Below are positions 37,361 to 46,585 of a stretch of 64,000 bases of DNA, in pieces. The position numbers and the translations under genes were made by a program. Source of the DNA: a bacterium. Lineage in GTDB: Bacteria > Bacillota_I > Bacilli_A > RFN20 > CAG-826. A model generated the notes under the pieces. That model ran no database searches, was not told the origin of the DNA, and saw only the letters and a list, made by a program, of their open reading frames with translations. Location: assembly GCA_963622135.1 (NCBI GenBank), contig CAVFGR010000002.1, positions 4,752 to 68,751 on the forward strand, read 5' to 3'. How positions within the stretch are numbered: position 1 is the first letter of the stretch; each line of letters begins with the position of its first letter.

Positions 37361-38130
37361 CTTTTGATACCAAACAATCTTTCAAAATTATCATTAAGAG
37401 CCGCTCTTAAATCTTCCTCCGACTCATTTCTTAACCTCAACATCTCATCGAATATTTCATTGATGTAGGCTGGTTGATTTCGCTTTCCTCTGTAAGGAAC
37501 GGGTGGAAGATAAGGAGAATCGGTCTCGATAAGCAGCCTTTCAATCGGACATTCAGCCACACATTGCTTAGGGGTTTTGGAATTTTTGTAGGTTATAGGA
37601 CCATCAAAGCCAAAATACGCTCCAAGTTTCTCGAATTGTTTCATCATTTCGGCCGAGCCAGAATAACAATGGAGGACAAATCCCTTTCCAATCGGGTGTT
37701 CTTTGAGGATTTCGTATACATCTTCCGAGGCGTCTCTCGAGTGAATGGAGACAGGAAGGTTTAATTTGTTGGCCAAATCTATTTGCTTTAGGAACCACTC
37801 TTTTTGGTTGGCTTTGGTTTCATCGTCGTTTTTCCAATGATAATCCAGGCCTATTTCGCCTATAGCGACGACTTTAGGGTGCTTCGCTAGTCGTTCGATG
37901 GCCTTTAGTGAGCGGAGATTTTCGTCAACACAGTTTTCCGGGTGAACGCCGACGGCGGCATAAACCTCTTTGTATTTTCTAGCCATTCTGACGGCTTTTC
38001 TTGAGCTTTTTAAATCCCAGCCAATAACCAAAAACACATCAATCCCGCGCTCTTTTGCGATTTTTATGGCTTTTTTCGCGTTGAAAGATCTTTCGTTTAA
38101 ATGACAATGGCTATCAAAAAGGTTCTTCAT
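37357..38130 (-). CDS. tatD: TatD-family metal-dependent hydrolase
   Basis: FDSHCHL, IGEIGLDYH, SIHSRDA, ETDSPYL. Confidence 0.92.
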   Translation of the reverse strand: MKNLFDSHCHLNERSFNAKKAIKIAKERGIDVFLVIGWDLKSSRKAVRMARKYKEVYAAVGVHPENCVDENLRSLKAIERLAKHPKVVAIGEIGLDYHWKNDDETKANQKEWFLKQIDLANKLNLPVSIHSRDASEDVYEILKEHPIGKGFVLHCYSGSAEMMKQFEKLGAYFGFDGPITYKNSKTPKQCVAECPIERLLIETDSPYLPPVPYRGKRNQPAYINEIFDEMLRLRNESEEDLRAALNDNFERLFGIKR

Positions 38131-39462
38131 TTATTTACCCACACAGAAACGAGAGAAAATTTCATCGGTCAGATCGGTCGTGGCCTCTTCGCCAAGTAAT
38201 TCCCTGGCGCAATTATAAGCAGACATCAAATTCATTGATATCAGGTCAATCGGCATTCCACCAGCACAATCTTGCGAAGCTTCCGCTAGACAGGAATCGA
38301 TTTGTCTTAATAACCCAAGCTCACGCACATTGGATAAGGATGGGTTTTCATATGTTTGTTTGGTTAAGCCCAAACAGTCATAAAGGGCTTTGTTTAAGGC
38401 TTCCACATCGTTTTTTAATGCGGAAATATACAATTTTCCTTCTTCTTTTTGAGGAATATTGTCGGCCTTATTGAAGCAAACGATAAGGGTTTTCTCTTTT
38501 GCCAAGTCAGCGATTTCTTTCTCTTTTTCGCCAAAACCTTTAGTCGCATCGACAATAAGAATGACCACATCGGCATCTTCAATAGCTTTCTTAGAACGTT
38601 CGACGCCTATGGATTCGACGACATCCGTCTCTTCCCTGATACCCGCGGTGTCCAAGAATCTGACAAGCACGCCGTTAAGGTTCATATCACCTTCAACGAT
38701 GTCTCTGGTTGTACCAGGGATGTCGGTGACAATCGCTTTGTTTTCTTTTAGTAAGGCATTTAAGGTTGAAGATTTTCCAACGTTTGGTTGTCCAACCAAC
38801 GCGACTTTGATGCCATATCGAAGGATTTTACCTTTTTCGCCGCCTTCGATAAGTGAGACGATATTCGTTCGGATCTTGTTTATTTCTTTCGATATCGTTG
38901 CTTCGTTTGCAACTTCGATATCTTCGTATTCAGGGAAGTCGATGTTAACCTCGACCATCGCCAATAAATCGGCAAGCGATTTTTTCAAAGGCTCGATAAG
39001 ATTCGATGTCTTTCCTTTATAAGAAAGAAGAGAGAGGTTCTTTGCTTCTTTCGTGGTGGAGTTTATCAAATCATTGATGGATTCTGCCTCGATAAGGTCC
39101 ATGCGGCCGTTATAAAAACCACGCGAGGAGAATTCCCCTCTTTCGGCATATCTCGCCCCCAAACCCATATAAGCGGAGATTATTTCATTCGCGATTAACA
39201 TTGAGCCGTGACACGATATTTCGACCACATCCTCGCCGGTAAAAGAATTTGGCTGAGGATAGGCGATTAAAACAACGTTATCAATTAACTCACCATTGTA
39301 AGAAAGATCACCAACAAAGGTGCTTCTCTTATCGATCGATGAAACCTTCTTTGAAAAAAGCTTATCCGTCATTTCGAAGGCTTCTTCGCCAGAAACCCTA
39401 ATCATGGCGAGCGCCGACATGAACGGCGGTGTAGCCAAAGCGATAATCGTGCTGTTCTTCAT
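38131..39462 (-). CDS. mnmE: tRNA modification GTPase MnmE
   Basis: TIIALATPP..., G1 GQPNVGKSS, G3 DTAGIRE, NKAD, and C-terminal FCVGK. Confidence 0.95.
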   Translation of the reverse strand: MKNSTIIALATPPFMSALAMIRVSGEEAFEMTDKLFSKKVSSIDKRSTFVGDLSYNGELIDNVVLIAYPQPNSFTGEDVVEISCHGSMLIANEIISAYMGLGARYAERGEFSSRGFYNGRMDLIEAESINDLINSTTKEAKNLSLLSYKGKTSNLIEPLKKSLADLLAMVEVNIDFPEYEDIEVANEATISKEINKIRTNIVSLIEGGEKGKILRYGIKVALVGQPNVGKSSTLNALLKENKAIVTDIPGTTRDIVEGDMNLNGVLVRFLDTAGIREETDVVESIGVERSKKAIEDADVVILIVDATKGFGEKEKEIADLAKEKTLIVCFNKADNIPQKEEGKLYISALKNDVEALNKALYDCLGLTKQTYENPSLSNVRELGLLRQIDSCLAEASQDCAGGMPIDLISMNLMSAYNCARELLGEEATTDLTDEIFSRFCVGK

Positions 39463-39478
39463 ATGATTAATTATAGCA
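39463..39478 (-). promoter_or_regulatory. Extended -10 TGCTATAAT placed 7 nt from the mnmE ATG (candidate leaderless promoter)
   Basis: The minus strand reads tttTGCTATAATtaatcatATG, directly after the jag terminator. No SD. Confidence 0.55.
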
Positions 39479-39503
39479 AAAAGAAAAAGGGCTTATAGCC
39501 CTT
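39479..39503 (-). terminator. Rho-independent terminator after jag
   Basis: Minus strand AAGGGCT-ATA-AGCCCTT followed by TTTTTCTT. Confidence 0.7.
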
Positions 39504-40098
39504 ATTCTACATAGAAGATATTGACGGCTCTTTCGTTTCCTTCGCCAGAGGATTCGGTCTTGATGTTTTTCCAACCGGTTAGGGTATTATGGACGATTCT
39601 TCTTTCATCTGGAGTCATCGGATCCAATTGAACAGGATACTTGGTACGAACGACTTCCTCAGCCGCCTTTTTGGCCAAATAAGCGATTCTGGAATATCTG
39701 TCTTCCTTATAACCTCCGACATCGAGAAGGATTCTATAACGGTGGCGGAATTTATTGGAAACGGCCAATCTGGTCAATTCGTTCAAAGCTTGCAAAGTCC
39801 TTCCGGATTTGCCGATAAGGACAGGGTTTCTCTTCGAATCGATATTGATGCGGATCACACCGTCTTGAAGGGTTCCTTCGGCAGTGATATCAACACCCAT
39901 CGCACCTAAGAATTCGGTTAAGTATTTTTGAGCGTACTCAATCGCGTCTTCCTCGGTGTAAACCTCGATGCGGGCTTTTTTGAAAAGACCGGTTTTCTCC
40001 TCGACGACTTTATAAAGGAGCTTGTTGGTTGGAACGCCAAGCTCTAAAGCGGCTTGATCAACGCACTCCTCCACGGTTTTATTAGAGTATTCTTTCAT
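39502..40098 (-). CDS. khpB: Jag/KhpB RNA-binding protein (Jag_N, KH, R3H)
   Basis: 198 aa with an R3H region (PMTPDERRIVHNTL). Conserved position after yidC. Confidence 0.88.
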   Translation of the reverse strand: MKEYSNKTVEECVDQAALELGVPTNKLLYKVVEEKTGLFKKARIEVYTEEDAIEYAQKYLTEFLGAMGVDITAEGTLQDGVIRINIDSKRNPVLIGKSGRTLQALNELTRLAVSNKFRHRYRILLDVGGYKEDRYSRIAYLAKKAAEEVVRTKYPVQLDPMTPDERRIVHNTLTGWKNIKTESSGEGNERAVNIFYVE

Positions 40099-40100
40099 GT

Positions 40101-41681
40101 TTATTTCCTCTTAGCTTTCTGCTTGCGGTGTTTCATGATGAGTTGGATAACCAAGGTTTGGATGATGGAAATGACGGCACCGATAGCCCAATACGCACCC
40201 ATCGCGGATGGGAGGGACAAACCTAAGACGGCGGTGAAGATAAACATGACCCAAGCAATCATCTTGCCTTGGTTCTTTTGTTTGTCGCCGGCTGGGTTGG
40301 CGGTCAATTTTTCAACCTTGCTGGTTTTCTTTTTGGCCATCCATTGAGGCAATTTCATAGAAACGAACTGGAAGCCGATCATGATCAAATAGAGAACGAG
40401 GGCCGTCCACCAGCCATTGCCGTTGGTGGCGATATTCCCTTTCGGTTTGGTGATAACGCTTAAGATGGTGTCGCTTAAGCGAAGCCCCAAGAACGAACCT
40501 GTGCTTAATGCGGCGGAGCCGCGGAACGCACCCCAAACACCCATGAACAACGGGAGTTGGATAATCAAAGTTATGATAGAAGAGAACGGATTAATCTTGT
40601 TTCTCTTATAAAGGGCTTGAGTTTCCTGAGCCAAACGTTGTTTCTGCGCCTGGTTTTCGTTGCTGTTTGGATATTTCTGCTGAATGCGGGCAACCTCTCC
40701 CTGAAGAGCCTGCATCTTTTGCTGGTCGATGGTGCCTTTCATCGTAACGAGCATCAAGAAAATACGAACGATGAATGTAACGATGACTAAGGACAGAATC
40801 TGACCGACGCCAGAAAGGCTTGGATCAATCGCGTTGGCGAAATAATCGGTCATATAGGCAACCGGGTAAGAAATGAGACCGGCGAAGAAGCCTTGTTTCC
40901 AAGCATACTTCCATGTTTTGTGCTCGATATTGACTTCCCAATCCTTGTTGTCGCCGTAAGCGCCATATTGATGGCCTCCGACGGTAGAGATACAAGAGGT
41001 ATTGGAGGTTATTTGCTTGTTGATTGATGTTTCGTAAGCGGAAAGGAACTCTTTTGTCGGCGAACCGGTGATCCCCAAGCCTTCTTCGGTTGAGAACCTG
41101 CATTCGGCGACCCATTTTTCCAAGTTCGCGAATAACGCCAACTCTCCATCGTCGTTTTGCCCCAAGAATTTCAAATATCCGTGGTTGCGAAGGATGGAAT
41201 CTTTGTTGACGGTGCTTCCGTCTCCTCCGTTGGAGTCGGCAACGTCATAAGGATTGATCATCGCGGCGGTGACTGAAGCGGTCGAAACGCCAGCGGCGTT
41301 AATGGCCGCATCTAAAACCTTCTGATCCAACGTAATCCAGAATTTTTGGGATGGAACAACATATTTGTTCGAGGTGGCGGAACTAAGGATGGAATTGAGG
41401 TTTGTCGCTTTTTTGGCGGCGAAGTTTCCAGAGGTATCTACCGGAACATACGCATAAAGGTTGTCGTTGTCGTCATAAACTTGCCAATTAAGGCCAGCCC
41501 CTTGGTATTCGGTTGGAATGGCATCTTTGTCGCAGTAAATCGTAACACCTTGCTCATACGGATAGGCGATATGCGCTTTATCCGTGACTGAACAGAAGTT
41601 TGCATTACAACCACTTAAAAGAATTGCCCCGGTAAGGAGCGCCATAGCACCGAGAAGGGTTGTTTTCTTGCTCTGTTTCAA
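40101..41681 (-). CDS. yidC: YidC/Oxa1-family membrane insertase, lipoprotein type with ~240-aa extracytoplasmic N-terminal domain
   Basis: Lipobox ILLSGC. The insertase core starts at about residue 265 (..MKGTIDQQKMQALQGEVARIQQKY..NPFSS..LPLFMG). Basic C-terminal tail. TTG start. Confidence 0.85.
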   Translation of the reverse strand: MKQSKKTTLLGAMALLTGAILLSGCNANFCSVTDKAHIAYPYEQGVTIYCDKDAIPTEYQGAGLNWQVYDDNDNLYAYVPVDTSGNFAAKKATNLNSILSSATSNKYVVPSQKFWITLDQKVLDAAINAAGVSTASVTAAMINPYDVADSNGGDGSTVNKDSILRNHGYLKFLGQNDDGELALFANLEKWVAECRFSTEEGLGITGSPTKEFLSAYETSINKQITSNTSCISTVGGHQYGAYGDNKDWEVNIEHKTWKYAWKQGFFAGLISYPVAYMTDYFANAIDPSLSGVGQILSLVIVTFIVRIFLMLVTMKGTIDQQKMQALQGEVARIQQKYPNSNENQAQKQRLAQETQALYKRNKINPFSSIITLIIQLPLFMGVWGAFRGSAALSTGSFLGLRLSDTILSVITKPKGNIATNGNGWWTALVLYLIMIGFQFVSMKLPQWMAKKKTSKVEKLTANPAGDKQKNQGKMIAWVMFIFTAVLGLSLPSAMGAYWAIGAVISIIQTLVIQLIMKHRKQKAKRK

Positions 41682-41685
41682 TGTT

Positions 41686-42012
41686 TTAATCTCCGATTTT
41701 GGTGATGGCTTGAATCAAATCCTCACGAATCTCCAATCGATTCTCCGGTTTGTATCCAGGCTTCACGATAATTATTAGATCAAACGGAAAATCCGTTTGG
41801 AATAATTCGTCGCAGAGCGCACGCACCTGCCTTTTGATGCGAACGCGTTCGACCGCTCCGCCGTTCTTCTTGCCTACGCTAATCCCAATGCGCACACGAT
41901 GCTCATCTTTCTTCACCCAATAAATCGAGGCAAAGTGGCCTTTGAAGCAATTGTGCTGATGAATAATTTGGGAAAACTCTTCGTGGCTATGAACGCGGTT
42001 TTGCTTTTTCAT
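41686..42012 (-). CDS. rnpA: Ribonuclease P protein component
   Basis: 108 aa with the RNR-like motif (AVERVRIKRQVR), downstream of rpmH. Confidence 0.9.
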   Translation of the reverse strand: MKKQNRVHSHEEFSQIIHQHNCFKGHFASIYWVKKDEHRVRIGISVGKKNGGAVERVRIKRQVRALCDELFQTDFPFDLIIIVKPGYKPENRLEIREDLIQAITKIGD

Positions 42013-42021
42013 TAGAAAAAA

Positions 42022-42156
42022 TTAGTCGGCGATTTGAGCTCTTCCTTTGGCACGACGGGCGGCAAGGATCTTGCGGCCGTTGTGGGTCTTCATACGAGCG
42101 CGGAAACCGGCTTTGTGAGCGTGTTTAACTTTTGATGGCTGATAGGTCTTTTTCAT
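42022..42156 (-). CDS. rpmH: 50S ribosomal protein L34
   Basis: Manual translation gives [44 protein letters not shown] (44 aa). GGAGG Shine-Dalgarno at 42165..42169. Too short for the ORF track. Confidence 0.93.
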   Translation of the reverse strand: MKKTYQPSKVKHAHKAGFRARMKTHNGRKILAARRAKGRAQIAD

Positions 42157-42585
42157 ATATTTTTCCTCCGAGGTTAACTAACTAGGCTTTCGAATTATAC
42201 ATACGTTCGCAGGCATACGCAAACACAAAAGAGCCAATCCAACAGCCTTGTAGACGCACAAGCGAATCTAAAAATCAGGCTAAATCGACGATTTAACGCG
42301 TTGTCAAAGCCAAAAGTTATCCACAATTCCAAAATAGAGTGCCGTGGTTTTATCACAATGTTGTCAAGTGTGTCTTTTGCATTGTTGGTAATGTGGATAA
42401 GTTATAGAAACACGGTCTTTTCTACACTTTTTCAAGAGTTTTGTTGTGGAAAAGCATGGAAAACCAAACCTTTTCAACACAATTGTAAACTTTCGTTATT
42501 CCAAAAAGTTGTCAACAACAATTTAGAAAAATAATGTTGAAAACAATTGATGTTGTCGCGTGCGAATGTTAGTATGTGAGACATT
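42157..42585. other. oriC part 1: DnaA-box cluster between rpmH and dnaA
   Basis: Perfect boxes TTATCCACA (42317..42325) and TGTGGATAA (42392..42400). Degenerate boxes at 42418..42426 (TTTTCTACA) and 42445..42453 (TGTGGAAAA). Coding strand bias switches here. Confidence 0.85.
42567..42575 (+). promoter_or_regulatory. Extended -10 TGTTAGTAT upstream of dnaA (10 nt to ATG, no SD)
   Basis: The sequence reads aaTGTTAGTATgtgagacattATG. Confidence 0.4.
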
Positions 42586-43953
42586 ATGATACAAAGCATT
42601 TCCAAAATGGTGGCGGTCTGGGATGACGCCTTAAAAACCATCAAATCCCAAATTAACGATCGCCAGGCTTTCGAAACCTTTTTCGGCGGCACTTATGTTG
42701 ACAAATTTGACAATGATGAACTTGTGATTGTGGCGAGCACGGAACTGGCGTGTACGATCCTTGATCAAAGTTATATAAAGGTTATTAGGAGGGCTCTCGC
42801 CGGGAACATTCCCGAAACCACCAAAATAACCTTCGTCTCCAAAACGGACGAGCGAAAGGAAGTAAAGGCCGACCAACCTCAAACAAGAGCTTTCTTCGTC
42901 GATTCCAAAGTTAATAGAAAATTCACCTTTGATAATTTTATTATCGGTCCATCAAATAGAGAAGCTTATCAGGCCGCTTTGTTCGTATCATCTAATCCGG
43001 GCAGCGTTTATAACCCATTGCTCATCTATGGCGGATCAGGGCTTGGAAAGACCCATTTGCTTCACGCAATCGGTAACTCAATCCACGAAAAGGAACCGGG
43101 TGCAAACGTCCTCTACGTCACTACGCAGGATTTTTTCGATGAGTATGTGCGTTATGTCAGAGGCGAACAAGAAGGTGAATCCCTGAAAGCTTTCTTCAAG
43201 CGTTCAGTTGACGTTTTATTGGTTGATGATATTCAATTTTTGGTTGGCAAAAGAGGAACCGAAGAAATGTTCTTCTCCGTCTTCCAAGCCTTATATACGG
43301 CAGGCAAACAAATCGTCATCACCTGCGATCAACTGCCGTCTAAATTGCAGGGGTTGGACGAACGTTTGAGAACGCGCTTCGAACAAGGCCTTCCTGTCTC
43401 CGTCGGAAAGCCAACCAAAGAAACTTGCGAAGCCATCGTTAAAAACAAAATCATCGATGCCGGCTTAGAAATATCGAATTTAGACCCTGAAGCTTTGTCA
43501 TATTTCAGCTCCCGTTTCAACTCCAACGTTCGTGAGTTGGAAGGGGCTGTAAACCGCTTGGTTTTCTACGTCAGGAACATCGAGAACAAGGATTACATCG
43601 ATCTGAAAACCGCGATCGATTCAGTCAGAACTTTGGTCGACGGTAAGGCCGACGAAGATGCACTTTCTATTCAGAAAGTGATTACTATTGTTTCTGAATA
43701 TTATCATCTTCCGAGCGAGCAATTGATATCAAAGTCAAGAACCGCCCAAATTGCCCTCGCAAGGCATGTTGCCATGTATTTATCTAGGGTTTTGCTCGAT
43801 GCTCCTTATAAGAAAATCGGCGACGCTTTCGGCGGCAGAGACCACGCCACCGTTATTAACGGCATAAAAAATGTTGAGAACATGTTGAAAGAGGATGCCT
43901 CGCTTCAGAGTGTCTTGGATACATTGTCAGAGAAAATCCAGCCTAAAAAATAA
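42586..43953 (+). CDS. dnaA: Chromosomal replication initiator DnaA
   Basis: Walker A GGSGLGKTHL, box VII, and C-terminal HTH (..GGRDHATVINGI). The start could be ATG 42607. Confidence 0.97.
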   Translation: MIQSISKMVAVWDDALKTIKSQINDRQAFETFFGGTYVDKFDNDELVIVASTELACTILDQSYIKVIRRALAGNIPETTKITFVSKTDERKEVKADQPQTRAFFVDSKVNRKFTFDNFIIGPSNREAYQAALFVSSNPGSVYNPLLIYGGSGLGKTHLLHAIGNSIHEKEPGANVLYVTTQDFFDEYVRYVRGEQEGESLKAFFKRSVDVLLVDDIQFLVGKRGTEEMFFSVFQALYTAGKQIVITCDQLPSKLQGLDERLRTRFEQGLPVSVGKPTKETCEAIVKNKIIDAGLEISNLDPEALSYFSSRFNSNVRELEGAVNRLVFYVRNIENKDYIDLKTAIDSVRTLVDGKADEDALSIQKVITIVSEYYHLPSEQLISKSRTAQIALARHVAMYLSRVLLDAPYKKIGDAFGGRDHATVINGIKNVENMLKEDASLQSVLDTLSEKIQPKK

Positions 43954-44087
43954 GTTAACCTATCATTAGATAGGTGTGTGTGATAGAATACCGATTATAG
44001 AGAAAGCACGGAACGAGGTTATCCACTTATCCACAGCCCTTTATTATCATTAATTCTTAAAAGAGAATAGAAAGAAGGAATAAATAT
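43954..44087. other. oriC part 2: DnaA boxes plus AT-rich unwinding candidate between dnaA and dnaN
   Basis: Overlapping TTATCCACT (44019..44027) and TTATCCACA (44027..44035). These are followed by about 50 nt of AT-rich sequence (ttattatcattaattcttaaaagagaataga). A hairpin ACCTATC-ATTA-GATAGGT lies at 43958..43975. Confidence 0.75.
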
Positions 44088-45212
44088 ATGCGCTTCACGA
44101 TTGAAAAAGAATCCTTTAACAAAGCCATGGGCATCGTCAGCCACGCTGTCGGCGGTAAAAACGTCAACCCCGTCCTTCTTTGCTTCAAATTAGAGGTGAC
44201 CAACAACGGATTATCTCTCATTGGATACAACCAAGAGATCGCCATCCGTACCATCGTACCGTTTGACGTAGATGGAAGAACCCTCGTTCGCGATTATTCC
44301 TTGGGCGGCGCCCTCATCCAAGCCAGATTACTTAACGACGTTGTTCGCCGTATGGAAGGAAGCGAAGTCACCATCGAAGTCATCGACGGCTCGATCGCCA
44401 AAATCGATGACGGCAAATCAAGTTTCAAACTTTATTGCATGTCCGCCGAGGAATACCCGGATATCGACTTCACTGCCTCGGCCTCCTCTTTCGAGTTGCC
44501 GGCAACGGTCCTTTCTAGCTTAGTTGAGCAAACCTCTTTTGCTGCTTTGACAAAAGATGGGAGACCAGCCTTGACCGCCGTCAACCTGAAGCAAGAGAAC
44601 GGCCAAATTGTTTCTATGGCCACCGATGGGGCTCGTTTATCCAAGAAATCCGTCGACGTCGAGGGAAATTTGTCTAAATTCACCGCCAACATCCCTGCCA
44701 AGGCCCTTTCTGATATTTCGAAACTCCCAGAACCTCGCGACGTTGTCCAAATCTCCTTTAGCCAAGACTCGGTCATATTTGAATTCGGCAATACGGTCGT
44801 TTCCTCGAGACTCATTCCTGGCTCTTATCCAGTCACTGGGGCCATCATCCCGCATACCTATGCCCACTACCTCGAAGTCAACGCCAAAGAGATAATCTCT
44901 GCCATCGATCGCTTGGCCGTTTTGTCTCAGGGCGGCGCCCCTGTCGTCAAACTCACGATGACCGATCGCACCGTAGAAGTGTCTAGCGCCAATTCTCAGA
45001 CCGGTTCCGGCGTTGAGCGAATCAATACTTTCCAATACTCCGGAGAACGCCTTGAGATAGCCTTTAACAGCATCTTCGTCTGCGAGGCCATCAGAGCGTT
45101 GGGATCAGAGGACGTTAACTTCAATTTCGTCGGCGAGATGAAGCCATTCGTCATCAAAAACCCTAACGATGATTCGATTGTTGAGCTCATCACCCCGATG
45201 AGAACCAGATAA
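44088..45212 (+). CDS. dnaN: DNA polymerase III beta sliding clamp
   Basis: 374 aa with three-domain clamp length and N-terminus MRFTIEKESFNKAM. Conserved position after dnaA. Confidence 0.95.
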   Translation: MRFTIEKESFNKAMGIVSHAVGGKNVNPVLLCFKLEVTNNGLSLIGYNQEIAIRTIVPFDVDGRTLVRDYSLGGALIQARLLNDVVRRMEGSEVTIEVIDGSIAKIDDGKSSFKLYCMSAEEYPDIDFTASASSFELPATVLSSLVEQTSFAALTKDGRPALTAVNLKQENGQIVSMATDGARLSKKSVDVEGNLSKFTANIPAKALSDISKLPEPRDVVQISFSQDSVIFEFGNTVVSSRLIPGSYPVTGAIIPHTYAHYLEVNAKEIISAIDRLAVLSQGGAPVVKLTMTDRTVEVSSANSQTGSGVERINTFQYSGERLEIAFNSIFVCEAIRALGSEDVNFNFVGEMKPFVIKNPNDDSIVELITPMRTR

Positions 45213-45231
45213 CGGCAAAAAAACATCAAAA

Positions 45232-45259
45232 AAGGAGTGCTTGGGGCATTCCTTTTTTT
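45232..45259 (+). terminator. Rho-independent terminator after dnaN
   Basis: AAGGAGTGC-ttggg-GCATTCCTT (one G-U pair) followed by a T7 run. Confidence 0.65.
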
Positions 45260-45309
45260 ACTACTTAGTAGTAAACTATATTCAGGGCGTTTAAGGCTCG
45301 TTTTACGCT

Positions 45310-45525
45310 ATGGAAAGAAAAATACCAATCACAACCGAATTCATCACCTTGGGACAGCTTCTGAAGCTTTCTAACGTGATTTCTTATGGTGGCGAAGCGA
45401 AGTGGTTTCTATCCAACAACGAGGTTCTCGTCAATGGCGAAAACGACAACCGAAGAGGAAGGAAACTCAGGCCAGGCGACAAAGTTGAGCTTCCGAAGCA
45501 AAAGATAACGCTTGTGATCGCATGA
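45310..45525 (+). CDS. yaaA: S4-domain RNA-binding protein YaaA
   Basis: 71 aa (ITLGQLLKLSNVISYGGEAKWFL...VLVNGENDNRRGRKLRPGD). Conserved dnaN-yaaA-recF order. Confidence 0.88.
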   Translation: MERKIPITTEFITLGQLLKLSNVISYGGEAKWFLSNNEVLVNGENDNRRGRKLRPGDKVELPKQKITLVIA

Positions 45526-46574
45526 TTCTGACCGACTTAAGCCTAACGAATTGGAGGAACCACGAAAAAATCGAGATTCACCCATCGGAAGGGCTGAATG
45601 CGATCGTCGGTGACAATGGTGCCGGCAAGACGAATCTGGCGGAAGCGATCTATTACCTTTCGCTAGGACGCACTTGGCGGGGCCTCACAGGCGAGGAACT
45701 CATCCGGAAGGGCAAGGAGGAAGCCTTGCTGCTCGCAACCCTTAAAGAGGGTGAGAACGCAAGGAAAATCGAAATCCGCCTTCAAGGACGCCGGAGAACG
45801 ATTCTCCTAAATGGCAAACCCATCAAACGCCTGAGCGATCTCTCCAAAGTCGCAAACGTGATCGCCTTCTCTCCGCAGAACACCTCGATCTTCTCCGGTC
45901 CGCCGGCTGATAGGAGGTCGTTCTTGGATCTCGCGATCGCGAAAGAGGATGCCACCCACCTATCGGACCTCAATTCGTTCCTTAAGCTCCTTGGCGAAAG
46001 GAATGCGGTTCTGAAGGGTGAAACGGTGGACGAAGCCTACTTATCGGTGCTCACCGACCAACTTGTCGAAGTCGAGCTCCCGATAATCGAACGCCGAATC
46101 GCCTATCTCAAACGCCTTGAGCCAACCCTCAAAAGCGTGGCTACCGCCATCTTCGGGAAAGAGAGGCCGGTAACCATCGCCTACGAACCATTCGTTGGCG
46201 TCGAAGGCTACAAAGAGAAAGCGAAAGCCCTCTACCAAAGTTCCTTGGGTTTGGACAAAATCCGCGGAACGACCACTTACGGAATCCACAAAGAGGATTT
46301 CTCCGTGATGCTCGACGAGAAAGAGGTCGGGACTTACGGCAGCCAAGGGGAAAATAGAATCCTATCCTTGGCGATGCACCTAACTCCTTACTTCCTTATA
46401 AAGGAAAAGGATAAAAAACCAATAGTGGTGCTCGATGACGTCTATAGCGAGTTGGACGAAACCCACGCTTCAAACCTCACCGCTTTGCTCAAAACGATGG
46501 GGCAGGTGTTCATCACCACCACGAACTCAAACATTACAAACGCCTCGGTCATCGAGGTTAAGAAACTACCATAG
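45522..46574 (+). CDS. recF: DNA replication/repair protein RecF
   Basis: Walker A GDNGAGKTN, SMC signature region (GSQGENR), and Walker B VVLDDVYSELD. ATGA overlap with yaaA. Confidence 0.93.
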   Translation: MILTDLSLTNWRNHEKIEIHPSEGLNAIVGDNGAGKTNLAEAIYYLSLGRTWRGLTGEELIRKGKEEALLLATLKEGENARKIEIRLQGRRRTILLNGKPIKRLSDLSKVANVIAFSPQNTSIFSGPPADRRSFLDLAIAKEDATHLSDLNSFLKLLGERNAVLKGETVDEAYLSVLTDQLVEVELPIIERRIAYLKRLEPTLKSVATAIFGKERPVTIAYEPFVGVEGYKEKAKALYQSSLGLDKIRGTTTYGIHKEDFSVMLDEKEVGTYGSQGENRILSLAMHLTPYFLIKEKDKKPIVVLDDVYSELDETHASNLTALLKTMGQVFITTTNSNITNASVIEVKKLP

Positions 46575-46585
46575 GGAGGAAAAAT

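Noticed and set aside
42301-42692. ORFs 42301..42534 (+) and 42474..42692 (-) in the rpmH-dnaA spacer
   Set aside because: The region is the DnaA-box cluster and promoter zone of oriC. Neither ORF has an SD or any recognisable motif, and one runs antisense into dnaA.
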